64,000 bases of DNA from Azolla caroliniana. Its lineage: Eukaryota; Plantae; Polypodiophyta. Positions 52,401-64,000 of the stretch are shown piece by piece. The notes under the pieces are model-generated. The model was not told the DNA's origin and ran no database searches. It worked only from the letters and a program-made list of their open reading frames with translations. Both the position numbers and the translations under genes were made by a program. The DNA lies in NCBI GenBank assembly GCA_043228905.1, contig JBHGNT010000016.1:11098001-11162000 (forward strand). The letters run 5' to 3'. How positions within the stretch are numbered: the stretch's first letter is position 1; each line of letters starts with the position of its first letter.

Positions 52401-54183
52401 GATGCCACCCCCTTGCCGCAGCAACCGCCATCACCACTCGAACCGTCGTCATCTTCGCTACAGGAGTGAAGGTCTCGTCGTAGTCGATTCCATGGGTCTG
52501 CGCATATCCCTTCGCCACTAACCGGGCCTTGTACCGGTTAACTGAATCGTCGGCGTTATACTTTACTTTGTTCACCCACTTGCATCCGATCGGTTTACAG
52601 TGACGAGGAGGGTCAACCAGGTCCCATGTCTCGTTGGTAGTGAGTGACCGTATTTCTTCCTCCATAGCGGCAAGCCAATTTGCGTCCTTTGCCGCTTCTG
52701 CGTAGCTCCCTGGCTCACGCACTTCCGCCACCTTAGTCATGTATGCGTAATGATGCGCCATGTACTCATTGTACCCGTTCCGTTTGACAGGATCCTTCTG
52801 GCGGATAGACCGGCGTAACTCACCGTTACCCGATTTGAGGCCCTTCTTGGCCGGATTGGTCTTTGTTGCCGAAGATCCGCCATTCCGCTTGCTGGAGTCG
52901 GACGCACACCGATCCGACTCATCATTGCCGGTTTCGAATTCCTGCATCTTCTTCTTCCCCTTCTCTTTGCACGTGAACCATCTCCTCGGTTCCTTACGCG
53001 GGGAGTGCACAGCAGAGTCTCCACTACTCATCGGTTCCTCATCGGACTGGTCAGATTGACTCAGTCTCTCGTTCGGCCCACTCAACCGAAATGATTCCGG
53101 ACTCTCATCCTGAGTCCACGCTTCATCATCATCTACCTGGGTCGGTTCAGGGGCACTAGCCTCATCCTCCGGAATCGGGTCAGATTCGAAAGTCGGAGCC
53201 GGTAAGGAGTACCACGATGCCGATTCATCGAACTCGACATCTCGACTAACTCGGACCTCGTTTATCCGGGGGTTATAACACTTATAACCCTTTTGCTCTT
53301 GAGCATAGCCAACTAGGATGCATTTTTCCGATTTTGCATCCAGCTTCCTCCGCTTCTCATCCGGTATATGCACATATGCAATGCTACCGAAGATCTTAAG
53401 GTGTCTCAAATTCGGCTTCCGCCCGAAATATAGCTCGTGAGTTGACACCTTGTCACTGATCCGGTTCTGGATGTAGACAACCGTTTGAACTGCCTCCACC
53501 CAGTAGAATTTGGGCATGCTCTTCTCCTCCAGCATTGCTCTTGCTGCATCAATAAGCGACTGGTTCTTCCTTTCGGCAACACTGTTCGGTTGGGGTGTGT
53601 ATTTGCAGCTGAACTCTCGCCGAATTCCCGTTTGTTGCAGATAACTATTAAATTGGCCGGAAAAGTATTCTTTCCTGCCATCCGACCGCAGGCATTTGAT
53701 CTTCCTTTCCGATTCCCGTTCCACCATGCTTTGGAGACTCCGGAAACACTCGAAGACTTCACTCTTCTACTCAATGAGGTAGATCCATGTATGCCGCGTA
53801 TAGTCATCGATGAAGGAGACGAAATATCGACTCCCACCAAGACTAACATTCTGTGCCGGTCCCCACACATCCGAATGGATTAGGTCGAGCTTGTTACGGC
53901 TCTGGTTACGTTCGGTAGGGAATGGAAGCCGGTGTTGCTTCCCCAGTTGGCAGGCTTCACATACTTGGGCCTTCCGGCCGCTGAACTTCGGCAAATTGAA
54001 AACAACTTGTTTCGTTTGCAGGTCTTGAAGCCTCTGGTAATTGACGTGGCCTATCCGCTTGTGCCACAGGTTGATGTCCGATTCGACCTTTTGTCCTTTT
54101 GCAAACAGAGCGGTGCCAACGTCATTGGTGTCGAGGATAAACATCCTCCCGTCTCTGCGCCCTTGCGCAATAATCTGGCCCTC

Positions 54184-54910
54184 TGTTAAACACAGTACTC
54201 GGCCACAACCGAGAAATAGGATCAACTCACAGAAAACAGGAAATACAAAATGCACGAAGACAATAGAGAGAAGGGTACACAGGATATTTTATGTGGAAAA
54301 CCCTAAGTGGGAAAAACCACGGGAGTCCTCAAACTCCAACTATCACTACAAACAGAGCTGTACAATGGTGAAGCTACAAGGCAACAACCTTGAGCTCACT
54401 GTCTTCGCCACAGGCGGCGGTAATACACAGAGGCAACGACCTCTTCGTCTCACTCTCTCTCTCTCTCTCTCTCTGCTGCTCTCTTCACTCTCTCTCTCTC
54501 GGCTGCTCTCTTCACTCTTGCACACATAAGAGTGACAATACACAATAAGCAACAACATACAGCAGCAACTCTAAACAGTTTGCCCTAAGTCATATTTATA
54601 CACATATGACTTTCGGGCTATTTACAAATATAGCCTCAAGGGCCCTTGGCAAACATATTCACAAATATGTCCCCGCATCCGGATCTCTCTCCGGGTACAT
54701 TCATCATCCGGCTCCGTAGCCGGGGTCTTCATCATCCGGATCCGGAATCGGGGTCTTCATCATCCGGATCCGGAACCGGGGTCTTCATCATCCGGATCCG
54801 GAACCGGGTCTTCATCATCCGGCTCCGATACCGGGTACTCCTCATTTGGGTCTTCATTCCCGATTCCCGGACATCCGACCATCCCATCCGGAGGGACCGT
54901 AATCCCAACA
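54184..54910 (-). mobile_element. Solo LTR, related to the LTR at 56937-57763
   Basis: TGTT...AACA termini; TSD CCCTC; shares GTTTGCCCTAAGTCATATTTATAC and TCTTCGCCACAGGCGGC blocks with the 56937 LTR. Confidence 0.92.
54676..54895. repeat. ~27-28-bp CATCCGG tandem repeat in the solo LTR U3
   Basis: CATCATCCGGATCCGGAACCGGGGTCTT-type units. Confidence 0.88.
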
Positions 54911-56609
54911 CCCTCCTCCTCGATGAATCACCCAAGGTGCGTAAACCGCACCTGCATCCCCTGGTCGACGATCTGTCCGACTGACACCAGGTTCTTCGTG
55001 ATTGTCGGAACGTGTAATACGTTCATCAGCTTCCCTTTCTATCCGACGTGGCTCAAAGGGAGTTCTCTGACGTGCACGATTGGGTGAGGAGTGTCGTCTC
55101 CGGTTTCGACTACTCCTGGTTGATCCAGTTTCTCCAAAAAGGAGAACCACTCTTTGTGGCTCGTCATGTGGTTCGACGCACCAGAATCAACATACCACAC
55201 TTCCTCCGATTTGGAAGTGGTCTTCTTCATCGAGTTCGCCTCGTGCTTCATCACCAGGCTGGCCCGTTACCATTCTTGGATCCTCTCGATCCCTTCGTGT
55301 AGTGCGAGCTTTGCCGGCCATCCTTGTCGGCCTTGTCGAATCCAGATTTGTCCGAATCGGCTCGTTTTCTCCAGCACTTGCTTTCTCTGTGGCCCTTTTT
55401 GCCACAGTACCAACATTCCGTTGCTGACTTCTCTTGCCGTCTTCCGGTGTCGCCATGACTCCCCCTGCCTGTGGGAGTCCCGGAACTACTGTCGGCACGT
55501 TCTCTGTGCCTTCGTTCTTGCTCTTGCCGACCGCCTCCATTGCGTGCCGACCCACCTCGTCCACCACGCCCACGGGACCGATCCGCCTCCGTGTAGGGCA
55601 TCCGGCTTTCACTGGGTGCGCTAGTTGACGCACCAGCGTGGTTCTCCTCTACAAGGAGCATCGATTGTTGCTGTTTCATTGGCTCCTTCGACGAAACTCT
55701 AGTAGCCATGCCCAAGCAGGTACTGGTGCATCTTATACGACCAAGATGCATAGTTGGATTTGTCGAGTTTCTCCACAGGGAGTGAACTAGCCATCCCTCT
55801 ATCCATCACTTCTCTGTCTGTTGTTATTACGACCTGTTAGGGTTTGCTTTCAAGCGTTTGTCGGCTGAAGAGGTTCTCAACCCTCGCGCTCTGATACCAT
55901 GTGAACGATTACTTGCGGAAGCGTTAGAAAACAGAGAAAGTAGGGAATACAAGGAGTACACGGGAGAGACAGAGAGAGCAGAACGTAAGAGCTATATTCA
56001 AAACGATATAATCACTCTCTTTTTATACAACTGTGCTCAGTAGCACTATTTATACAAGTCCTTATGGGACTGACAGTACCGCGTACTTCAATGCTCACAT
56101 GAGCTTCTAACACTTACAACGAGACTATAATTGCGGTTACCGATTGGATCCGGCTAACCAGCTCTATTGCTTGCCGGCTCGGTTGCTCACGGCTTACCGA
56201 TCCATCTCGCTTGCCGGCTCAGGCTTATTTAGCCGATCCGGCTCCAGTTGAGCTTGCCGCTCAACACATACTCTTCCATCTTATTGTCTATATCTATTAA
56301 CCTATTGTCTATGAGAAAGAGCTCGAGAGAGTGAGACAGATATCGTGCTTAATCATTTACTAATCGTTAAGTGAGCGTGAGGCTCGGAGGTACCCGACAA
56401 CCATCTCCGTCCGATTCGCCATCAAGAGGGTATATGCCGGTCCGAATCCTGCCACGACATCGAGGAGATTATTTCATCCATACATAGATCCTTAAAATCT
56501 ATTTGGCGCCGCTGCTGGGGATACAACCGACACTTGAAGCCTATTTTCGAGTAGTCAAAAACTCAGAGGCAAACCACTTAACGAAGGAAGAAATCGCAAG
56601 AGAACCACC

Positions 56610-56910
56610 ATTTTCTGTTTTTCTCATTATTCCATAGTTTAATTAAGTTGATTTTCTGTTTTTCCTCACTATTTCATAGTTTACTTAAGTCGATTCTCTG
56701 TTTTTCTCATTATTTCATAGTTTAATTAAGTTGATTTTCTGTTTTTTCTCACTATTTCATAGTTTAATTAAGTCGATTTTCTGTTTTTTCTCACTATTTC
56801 ATAGATTAATTAAGTTGATTTTTTGTTTTTTCTCACTATTTCATAGTTTAATTAAGTTCATTTTCTATTTTTCTTCACTATTTCATAGTTTAATTAAGTC
56901 AATCTTTTGT
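56610..56910. repeat. 41-42-bp tandem repeat, ~7 copies (Athila-like 5' UTR)
   Basis: ATTTTCTGTTTTTTCTCACTATTTCATAGTTTAATTAAGTTG-type units at 56610, 56651, 56693, 56734, 56776, 56818 and 56860. Confidence 0.92.
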
Positions 56911-56936
56911 TTATTCGTTCGGCTAACACTAAACAT

Positions 56937-58987
56937 TGTGGAGATTGTGACGGGAACTACAACGCTCCTTATGCGCAACGCTCGGCCACAACTGAGCTTA
57001 GAATGATACACAAAAAACGGGAAATAAAACACGACAAGAAGAAGAGGAAGATACACGGGAGGTTTACCTGGAAAACCCCAAACTAGGGGAAAAACCACGG
57101 CAGCCCACAGGCTGCAAACTGTTACTATGTAAGAATATACAACAGTGAGTTCACTGAGGCACCGACCTCGTGCTCACAGATCTTCGCCACAGGCGGCAGT
57201 TACAACAGAGGCAACGACCTCTTTCTCTCTCTCTCTCTCTGTACAGTTACGCACACTGATGTCGTGCAAAAAACAGAAAATAACAACAACAACAGTTACT
57301 AAAAGTTTGCCCTAAGTCATATTTATACTAATATGACTTTTCGGCTATTTACAAATATAGCCTCGATGGACTCTCAGAAACATATTTACGAATATGTCTC
57401 TTCATCCGGTTCTCACGGAGCCTGCACCATCCGGCTCTCCGTAGCCGGGTACTCCTCATCCGGTTCATACCAGGTCTGCACCATCCGGCTCTCCGTAGCC
57501 GGGTACTCCTCATCCGGTTCTCACCGGACCTGCACCATCCGGCTCTCCGTAGCCGGGTACTCCTCATCCGGTTCATATCGGGTCTGCACCATCCGGCTCT
57601 CCGTAGCCGGGTACTCCTCGTCCGGTTCTCACCGGGCCTGCACCATCCGGCTCTCCGTAGCCGGGTACTCCTCATTCGGTTCATACCGGGTCTGCACCAT
57701 CCGGCTGTCTGTAGCCGGGTACTGCTCATACGGTTTCCCTCCGGAGGGACCTGTCTCCCAACAAACTCCCCCTTCACTCTGGCATGGGGTGTCTTACCAG
57801 TCCGATCCTCTTCCGGCATGCGTCCAGCTTGTCGGGTGTCAGCACTTTGGTCAACATATCTGACCCGTTCTCGGCCGTGTGGATCTTCGTCAGTGCGAAC
57901 TCCTGGTCATCTACTCTTTCCCGGATCCAGTGATACCTCCGCTGGATATGCTTCGTCCGGGAATGGTAGGCCGCATTCTTAGCAAGGTGGATGGCACTTT
58001 GACTGTCGCAATAGAGTCGGTATTCCTCTTGTCGGATACCAAGCTCTCCGATGAAGTCCTTCATCCATAATATTTCCTTGCCGGCTTCCACAGTCGCCAT
58101 GTACTCCACCTTTATGGTTGACAATGCAACTGTCTTCTGCAACCTCGACTGCCACGAGACAGCTCCCCCTGCATATGTCATTACATACCCGGATGTAGAC
58201 TGGTTGGTATCCACATCAGCCGACATGTCCGAATCGGTGAAACCGTCAAGTTGAGGTTTTCCGGAGCCGAATCGGAGACACATATTTGAAGTGCCCTTCA
58301 AATATCGGAGTATCCATTTGACAGCATTCCAGTGTTCCTTGCAGGGATTGCTTATAAACCGGCTCACCACTCCGACTGCGTATCCTATATCCGGTCGGGT
58401 ACACAGCATTGCGTACATCAAGCTCCCGACGGCAGAGGCATATGGAATCTTCATCATATCCGCCTTCTCTACTTTCGTCTTCGGGCTTTGCTTAACGGAT
58501 AGCCTGCAGTTTGCCGGAAGTGTCGATACGACCGGTTTCGCTTCTGACATGTTGAACTGGTGAAGCACCTTTGTCACGTACTTCTCCTATGACAGCCATA
58601 ATTGCTTCTTTGACCGGTCCCGAATGATGTGCATCCCCAGCATCTGTCTTGCCGGACCCAAGTCTTTCATTGAGAAGGTCTAGTTGAGAGCCTTCTTCAG
58701 CATCCGTATTTTGACTTGGTCTCGTTCGACGATCAACATGTCATCCACGTATAGAAGGAGTATCAGGAAGTCGCCTCCTTCAAACTTCTTCACAAACACG
58801 CAGTGATCGGCCTGCGTCTTGTGCTACCCTTGATCGGTCATGAAGGAGTCGAACTTCCGGTACCATTGCCGAGGAGCCTGCTTTAGTCCGTACAGGCTCT
58901 TCTTCAGCCGGCATACCAGGTGCTCCTTCCCTTTCTCCACAAATCCTTCCGGCTGCTGCATGTAGATCTCCTCTTTGAGGTTGCCGT
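56937..58987 (-). mobile_element. Tnt1/Tork-like copia, 3' half (RT end, RNase H, PPT, 3' LTR 56937-57763), interrupted by G2
   Basis: IPYASAVGSLMYAMLCTRPDI, YCDSQSAIHLAKN and LLYVDDML; PPT GAAGGGGGAGTT. Confidence 0.9.
57402..57735. repeat. 54-bp tandem repeat x6 with alternating A/B types (108-bp higher-order unit) in LTR U3
   Basis: Units at 57402, 57456, 57510, 57564, 57618 and 57672 alternate TTCTCAC and TTCATA. Confidence 0.93.
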
Positions 58988-59291
58988 TGTCGTGAAGATC
59001 CGTCACTACGCGCGGATCGTGAGGCGGAACCGCCGGGGTTCTAGACCGGTAAGAAACAAGTTACACGATCAATTTGATAACGAATTTCTTCCTCTTAATT
59101 TTCATAAAAAAAACGTGTTTTTTCTCCTCCCCCTTCCTTCTTTTATAGATGCTCTCATGCATATGATGCATGTGAGGGTACAAGACATGCATAAATTGCA
59201 TGTTTGCCATTTGGCGCTTATGTATTACATGTGGTGCATGATAACCATGTCACTCATTTTAGCTCTCATGTATAATTTTAACTAAATAGCA

Positions 59292-59345
59292 TGGCTTAAT
59301 GGTAAGTCAATTGACTCCTAACTTGGAGGTGCAAGGTTCGAATCC
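59292..59345 (+). promoter_or_regulatory. tRNA-like A/B-box module in the G2 LTR
   Basis: TGGCTTAATGG...CTCCTAA...AGGTG-CAA-GGTTCGAATCC; consensus A and B boxes, offset 43. Confidence 0.7.
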
Positions 59346-60047
59346 TTACCTGCCCTCCTTGTATATGTATATATGTATATATATTTATATATTTATTTAT
59401 CTAGTCGCCGGACGCCGGTTCGTCGGATGCCGTCGATTACCGGTGCCGTCGCCGGATGCCGTCGTCTTACCGGCGCCGGATACCGGTGCCGCCGCTGAAT
59501 GCCGTCGGTTACCGGTGCCTCGCCGGATGCTGTCATCTCACCGACGTCGGATGTCGGATTGTCGTCGAATGCCGGCTCCATCACCGGTCCGGTTTTGGTT
59601 GGCCAAAACCCTTTACGAGTAGCTAGCCCACCTCCACTCTTAGTTCAAGTTACCTTGAACTCTCTATGCTCCACACATAGACACAAAGATAATATCTTTT
59701 GCTCTACCTTATATATGATGAGAGCCGTATTTGTCGTGCCTATGTGGGATATCTCACAATTTTCTCTTTTCCTTTCACAAACTTTATACCCTCATATCTT
59801 GACTTTAGTTGTCTGTTTCTCGTGTAATAAAGTGCATTCGAAACCTCCATCATTTTGTACTTAGATATTAAATTTATTTAAAATGTTATCTTCACAATTA
59901 TTGTATTATGTGATTCATACTTGATTTCGTACGTTTTATGGGATTTTCACACTATTGCCGAAAATCTTCACCACATCCACCCCCACCAAACCGCACGTCC
60001 TCCGGTACATGCCAAGAAGAGAGAAAGTGAGATTTTGGCTACGATGA

Positions 60048-63000
60048 TCAATTAGATTCCTCCATGTCTTCATTTACATCCGCCCTATTATGTTCATCGT
60101 CGAGGTAATCGAGGTCAGTATCCTTGTCTTGTCTTTTCTTGAAAGTCTTTACTCTTTTTCCTGCAATGGGTACGGCCAACCTTGATCCGTCTAGTTCCGC
60201 AAGGTGGTATGTGGCATTATCGTTGGCACTTGTCACCACATATGGCCCGAACCATCTTCTTGTGAGCTTTCTTGTTGTACTGTGTTGATTGTCAAGGGTG
60301 TTGTCGTAAACCAAAACCCAATCCCCTTGTTCAATCTTCTTGGGACGAAGTCGATGCGTGTTGTCGAACCGAACCTTGTTCTTTACTCGGGCTGCCTTCA
60401 TCATCTTTCGCGCTTTTTCTAAATCTTCAGGTCTTCTTTCAAGTTGCCTTATCCGCACCGCTAATAACTCTTCTCGGCTCATCTCGTTCTCCCACGGTAT
60501 CGCTACCCATGAGGCGATTGTCCTTTCGATGGGCATAATCGGCTTTTGTCCATACATAAGCTCCGTCGGCTTATACCCTGTCACCGAGCTATGTGTCGTT
60601 CTATCGGCGCACAAGGCATAGGGTAATAGTCGTGGCCAATTCCCGACTCGACCGTTGCATGCCCGTACGATGGCTTTAACGATAGGTCCATGCCCTCGCT
60701 CGATCTTCCCATTTGCTTCCGGATTGTAGGCAGTCGTGAGAGAGAGCTTCACTCCTAGTCTTTCGAAGAGCTCTATCGCTTCGTGCGCATCGAACTCCCC
60801 TCGGTCGGCCACTATCTTCCCTACACATCCATATCGGCAAACAACATCTTCAAGTAGAAATTTGCAAACGGCTGAAGTCGTCTTATTTGTCAAGGCTCGT
60901 CCTTCCACTTGATTTGTCAAGTCTTCCCTTGCCAGCGCTAAGTACTTCATTTGTCCCACTCCCATTGGCATCAAGACCAGATCCACCATCCGTTTGAAGT
61001 GTATGGTGAGTGGGTATGTCGGCTTTAACTCATCACGATGACGTATATTTGAATATACTTGGCAAGTTTTGCATGTGGACACGAAATGGAGTACATCTTT
61101 GTACATGCTTGGCCACCAGTACTTCTCCTTCAACTTTTCGAATGTCGCCCATGTTCCTCTATGACCTGCCCAAGCACTCTCGTGGAATTCGGTCATCAGC
61201 GTCTCTTGCTCTTCTTTCTTTACCACCACTCGACGTGGTATTCCTGTCCTTCTTTTTGGATGTCGCCAAAGGAATCCTCCCTTCAAGAAGTATCAGTAAG
61301 CTTTCTTTCGGATTCGTAGGGCCTCCTCCTTTGTCAACGAAGCATCTATCGTCAATGTTCTTAGGAATCTACCGATGAGTAACCACTCTCCTTCGTACTC
61401 GTTCTCGTTGCAGGCGTGGAGGGTTTGCGTGTCCTGGTCTTCCGCCGACAATCGAGCCATCTTGAAGAAGTCGAGGGCGACATCTTCATCTTCCGAAACT
61501 ATGTTACTTCCATTTGAAAATATTGCCCTCGACAGCATGTCAGCCATGGCGTTCTTCTTCCCTGCAATGTGACGGATCTCTAGGTTTAAAGACTTGATGT
61601 AGGCGATCCACCTTAGCATAGCAAGATCTGGGGTCGCACATCCTGAGACCATTCCGAGAATTGGGAGACAATCTGTCTCTATTATCACTTCTGACCCGAT
61701 CAGGTAATCTTCGTCCGTCTTCACTGCCGACACAATACCCCAAAGTTCCCGTTTGACTTGGGCATATCTTTGTTGCCGTTCACTAAGAACCTTTGCTCCG
61801 AACCGGACGACATATCACGCATTATCTTCACCTTCTTGATTGATGACCCACCCGATTCCGGTTGGGCTCGTATCTACAGTCACGCAAATTGGTTTCCCTT
61901 CGGCATAGTCGGCCTTCCTTAGTGCCGGAGCTTTAAGAAGCAGTTTCTTTAATCTTTGCATCGCCTTTGTGTGCTCGTCTCGCCATTTGAACTTTATTCT
62001 TTTCTTTAGTAGTCCATATAACGGTTCGGCGACATGAGCGTAGTGAGGAATCCATATATATGATAAAACGGGCACGCTCCAAGGAACCTTCAAACCTCCG
62101 TTTGGTTTTCGCATTCTTCTTTCATGTCTTGGATTGCGTTCACTTTGGATGGCGAGGGATTCCGGCCGTATGCTCCACACAAGTGACCTACCACCAAGAT
62201 CTCCGGTTGCCTGAATGCGGATTTTTCCCTCGAAAATGTCAAATTCGCATCTTCGGGCCTTTGAAGCACCTTCTCGCAATCTTTCATATGATCCGCAATG
62301 AACTTTCTACAACCCTCCTTATCTTTCAATTCATCTTTCTCCTCATCCAAACATCCTTTTATCGGAATATCATCCAAGAATGGCATTGTGATGTCCGGGA
62401 TGCAATCCTTCAAGACTTTATTCATGGCATTCACCATATGAGCCACCGAGTTCGTTGCGCCTTGGAGTAAGGTACACATCCGCACAAGCCCGATCGGATT
62501 CTTCATGGTTGTAATGTCCCGAATGTCGATCGCCAACTGGAATTGGTCATATCCGGAGTAGAGATTGCCAATGGAGTAGATGGACCGGCCCGCAAACGCT
62601 TCGGCAAATTCGTCCACGCTCGGACCGATTCCAGCATTTCGAATTGTCACCTTGTTGACGGGTTGAAGATCTTGGATGAATCGCAATGATCCATTCTTCT
62701 TCGGCACCGTGAACCACCTATTGGAATAAGGAGCATTCGACGGTTCTAGAATTCCCATACTCACATTCTCCTTTAAGAGCTCGATCAGGTTTGGAAGGTG
62801 TGCTCTCGGAACCGGTATCGGTTTCAAATTCCAAGGCACATGAGGCATCGTGAAGATCACCATCGGCTCTATAACCTTTGGGTCGGTACATCCGATTTCT
62901 TGTGGGAAGAATGCGAAAGCCTTCCCATGTCTCTCAAGCATATCGCGAAACATTCGCTCCTCTTCAGGGAGAAGGAAATCCTCCTTTCCAACTCGTAGCT

Positions 63001-63990
63001 TCCCCTTCGTCTCTTTGGTGAAGACATGACCTATCTTCTTCGGATCTCTTAAGCTTGGATCGTTAGCGACTTCCTTCATCTTTTGCCAGCTATCTTCCGG
63101 TTGCGGAACCGCAACTGGCTTGATCTTCTTATCCACCGTTTCCTTCATTGAGATGCCACGACGGTATTCATCGATGATAGCGTACATGTTGATGTCAGCT
63201 TCCTTCACTGAGATGTCAGCTTCCTTCATTGAGATGCCACGACGGTATTCATCGATGATAGCGTACATGTTGACCGAGTTAACCGAAATCACGCGTTGGT
63301 TGTGAAGATAGCTCAAGTCCACAACGTCCTCGATTTCGCCAATGGTGTCGTTAAATGAGGCTTCTTCCATAATATGAGTCACGAACTCTCCTTCTTCTAT
63401 TATGTTCTCTTCTTTCAGCATCTTTTCGAATTCTTGTATCCGGCGCTTGTGCTTCTTGTCGGGTAGTACTAGTTTACATGTGCCACTAGGTGTGACACAT
63501 GTTGCTTCTCCTTGCAATCCACGCACTCTTCTTTCTTGTGGGGTCTTGTGATTGCTCGGACTATTTGTGCCCCATGCTTCAATAGTCCGCTCTAAAAATC
63601 CGAGGATTCACCTTTGAGACTATCTCGATTCCTTTCATGATTGGCTCACACCGTTAGGAATTGGACCGATCTTTGTTTGTCAAGACTCTTTATTCATGCG
63701 AAGGCTGCTCCATTATCGAACACTCTGGTCTCCATCCGAGATGATGTGATATAAGGTTGCCCTGGGATGACAGGATGCGATGCCGATTCTTGTACGAAGA
63801 AGTGTTGATCCATCTCCACATCCCCGATCGTGACTTTGACATTGGGACAAGCTCCGTACAAATCCTCCGTAGACTTTGTTGCCGCGCGAATCTTCCATTC
63901 GTGGTTTGTATTGATTGGCCATCTTCCTTTTTTGTAGAAGTCAGTTGACATGAGGTTGATCTCCGAGCTGTGGTCGATCAAGGCTACCAC
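60048..63990 (-). pseudogene. G2 pol (PR, RT, RNase H, integrase)
   Basis: ALIDHSSEINLM; PWNLKPIPVPRA; QGATNSVA...PFLDDIPIKG; VDTSPTGIGW; VADRGEF; WFGPY. Confidence 0.92.
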
Positions 63991-64000
63991 GGTCTCTTTC

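Larger units (their letters stand above)
50623..55803 (-). pseudogene. Copia-C gag-pol
   Basis: 926-aa INT-RT-RH ORF at 50947-53727; protease WYVDSGASNHM; ~400 bp of gag missing near 55665 relative to Copia-B. Confidence 0.93.
50246..56266 (-). mobile_element. Ty1/copia Copia-C (gag partly deleted; solo LTR inserted)
   Basis: LTRs 50246-50628 and 55900-56266; TSD CATAC; PBS at 55888-55899; PPT at 50629-50639. Confidence 0.96.
49885..56936 (+). mobile_element. Athila-like gypsy remnant (LTR portion interrupted by Copia-C, PBS, 5' UTR)
   Basis: PBS TGGCGCCGCTGCTGGGGA at 56504-56521 resembles the tRNA-Asp PBS (TGGCGCCGTTGCCGGGGA) and is followed by an AT-rich repeated UTR. The LTR start is not located and may lie left of Tcn-C. 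Confidence 0.55.
58988..64000 (-). mobile_element. Non-chromovirus Gypsy G2 (3' LTR 58988-59975 and pol); continues beyond the window
   Basis: LTR termini TGTCGTGAAGAT...ATCTTCACCACA; PPT GGTGGGGGTGGA; inserted within the Tork-like RT. Confidence 0.9.

Noticed and set aside
56731-57863. Repetitive ORFs (91, 176 and 156 aa) as proteins
   Set aside because: They are translations of 42-bp and 54-bp non-coding tandem repeats whose unit lengths are multiples of 3.
59285-59356. Functional tRNA-Arg(CCT) gene
   Set aside because: The acceptor and anticodon stems do not pair. Only the A/B boxes are intact, so it is reported as a promoter-like module.
7293-63948. Numerous antisense or alternate-frame 60-190 aa ORFs
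   Set aside because: They are shadows of GC-rich gag/pol sequence with no independent motifs.

Overview
This window is a nest of plant LTR retrotransposons with no intact host gene, typical of heterochromatin. The Tcn1-type chromoviruses suggest a seed-free plant such as a moss, but that is inference. After ~6.5 kb of AT-rich DNA containing an 83-bp x5 tandem repeat, seven two-LTR elements and one solo LTR can be delimited by target-site duplications (TSDs). They are Copia-A (6549-11212, gag/PR deleted); a large non-chromovirus Gypsy G1 (11889-39238) with an extra ~950-codon ORF, which hosts chromoviruses Tcn-A (13230-24609, itself hosting Copia-B 17727-23441) and Tcn-B (26459-32105); chromovirus Tcn-C (44356-49879, coding region nearly intact); and Copia-C (50246-56266, hosting the solo LTR 54184-54910). 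The rest is a fragment mosaic at 39.5-44 kb that includes an intronless AIG2-like pseudogene fused to copia RT, an Athila-like remnant, a Tnt1/Tork-like copia 3' half, and a second Gypsy G2 (58988 to the window end). The most interesting signals are: (1) a tRNA-like Pol III A-box/B-box module lying antisense in U3 of all six chromovirus LTRs and of the unrelated G2 LTR; (2) a Tf1-type self-priming duplex with a compensatory base change; (3) a conserved GUUAAAC plus stem-loop -1 frameshift signal; (4) a copia group with a duplicated PPT, a post-RNase H tail and a hairpin enclosing the PPT; (5) higher-order repeats arising inside LTRs. All analysis was by eye and lineage names are tentative.
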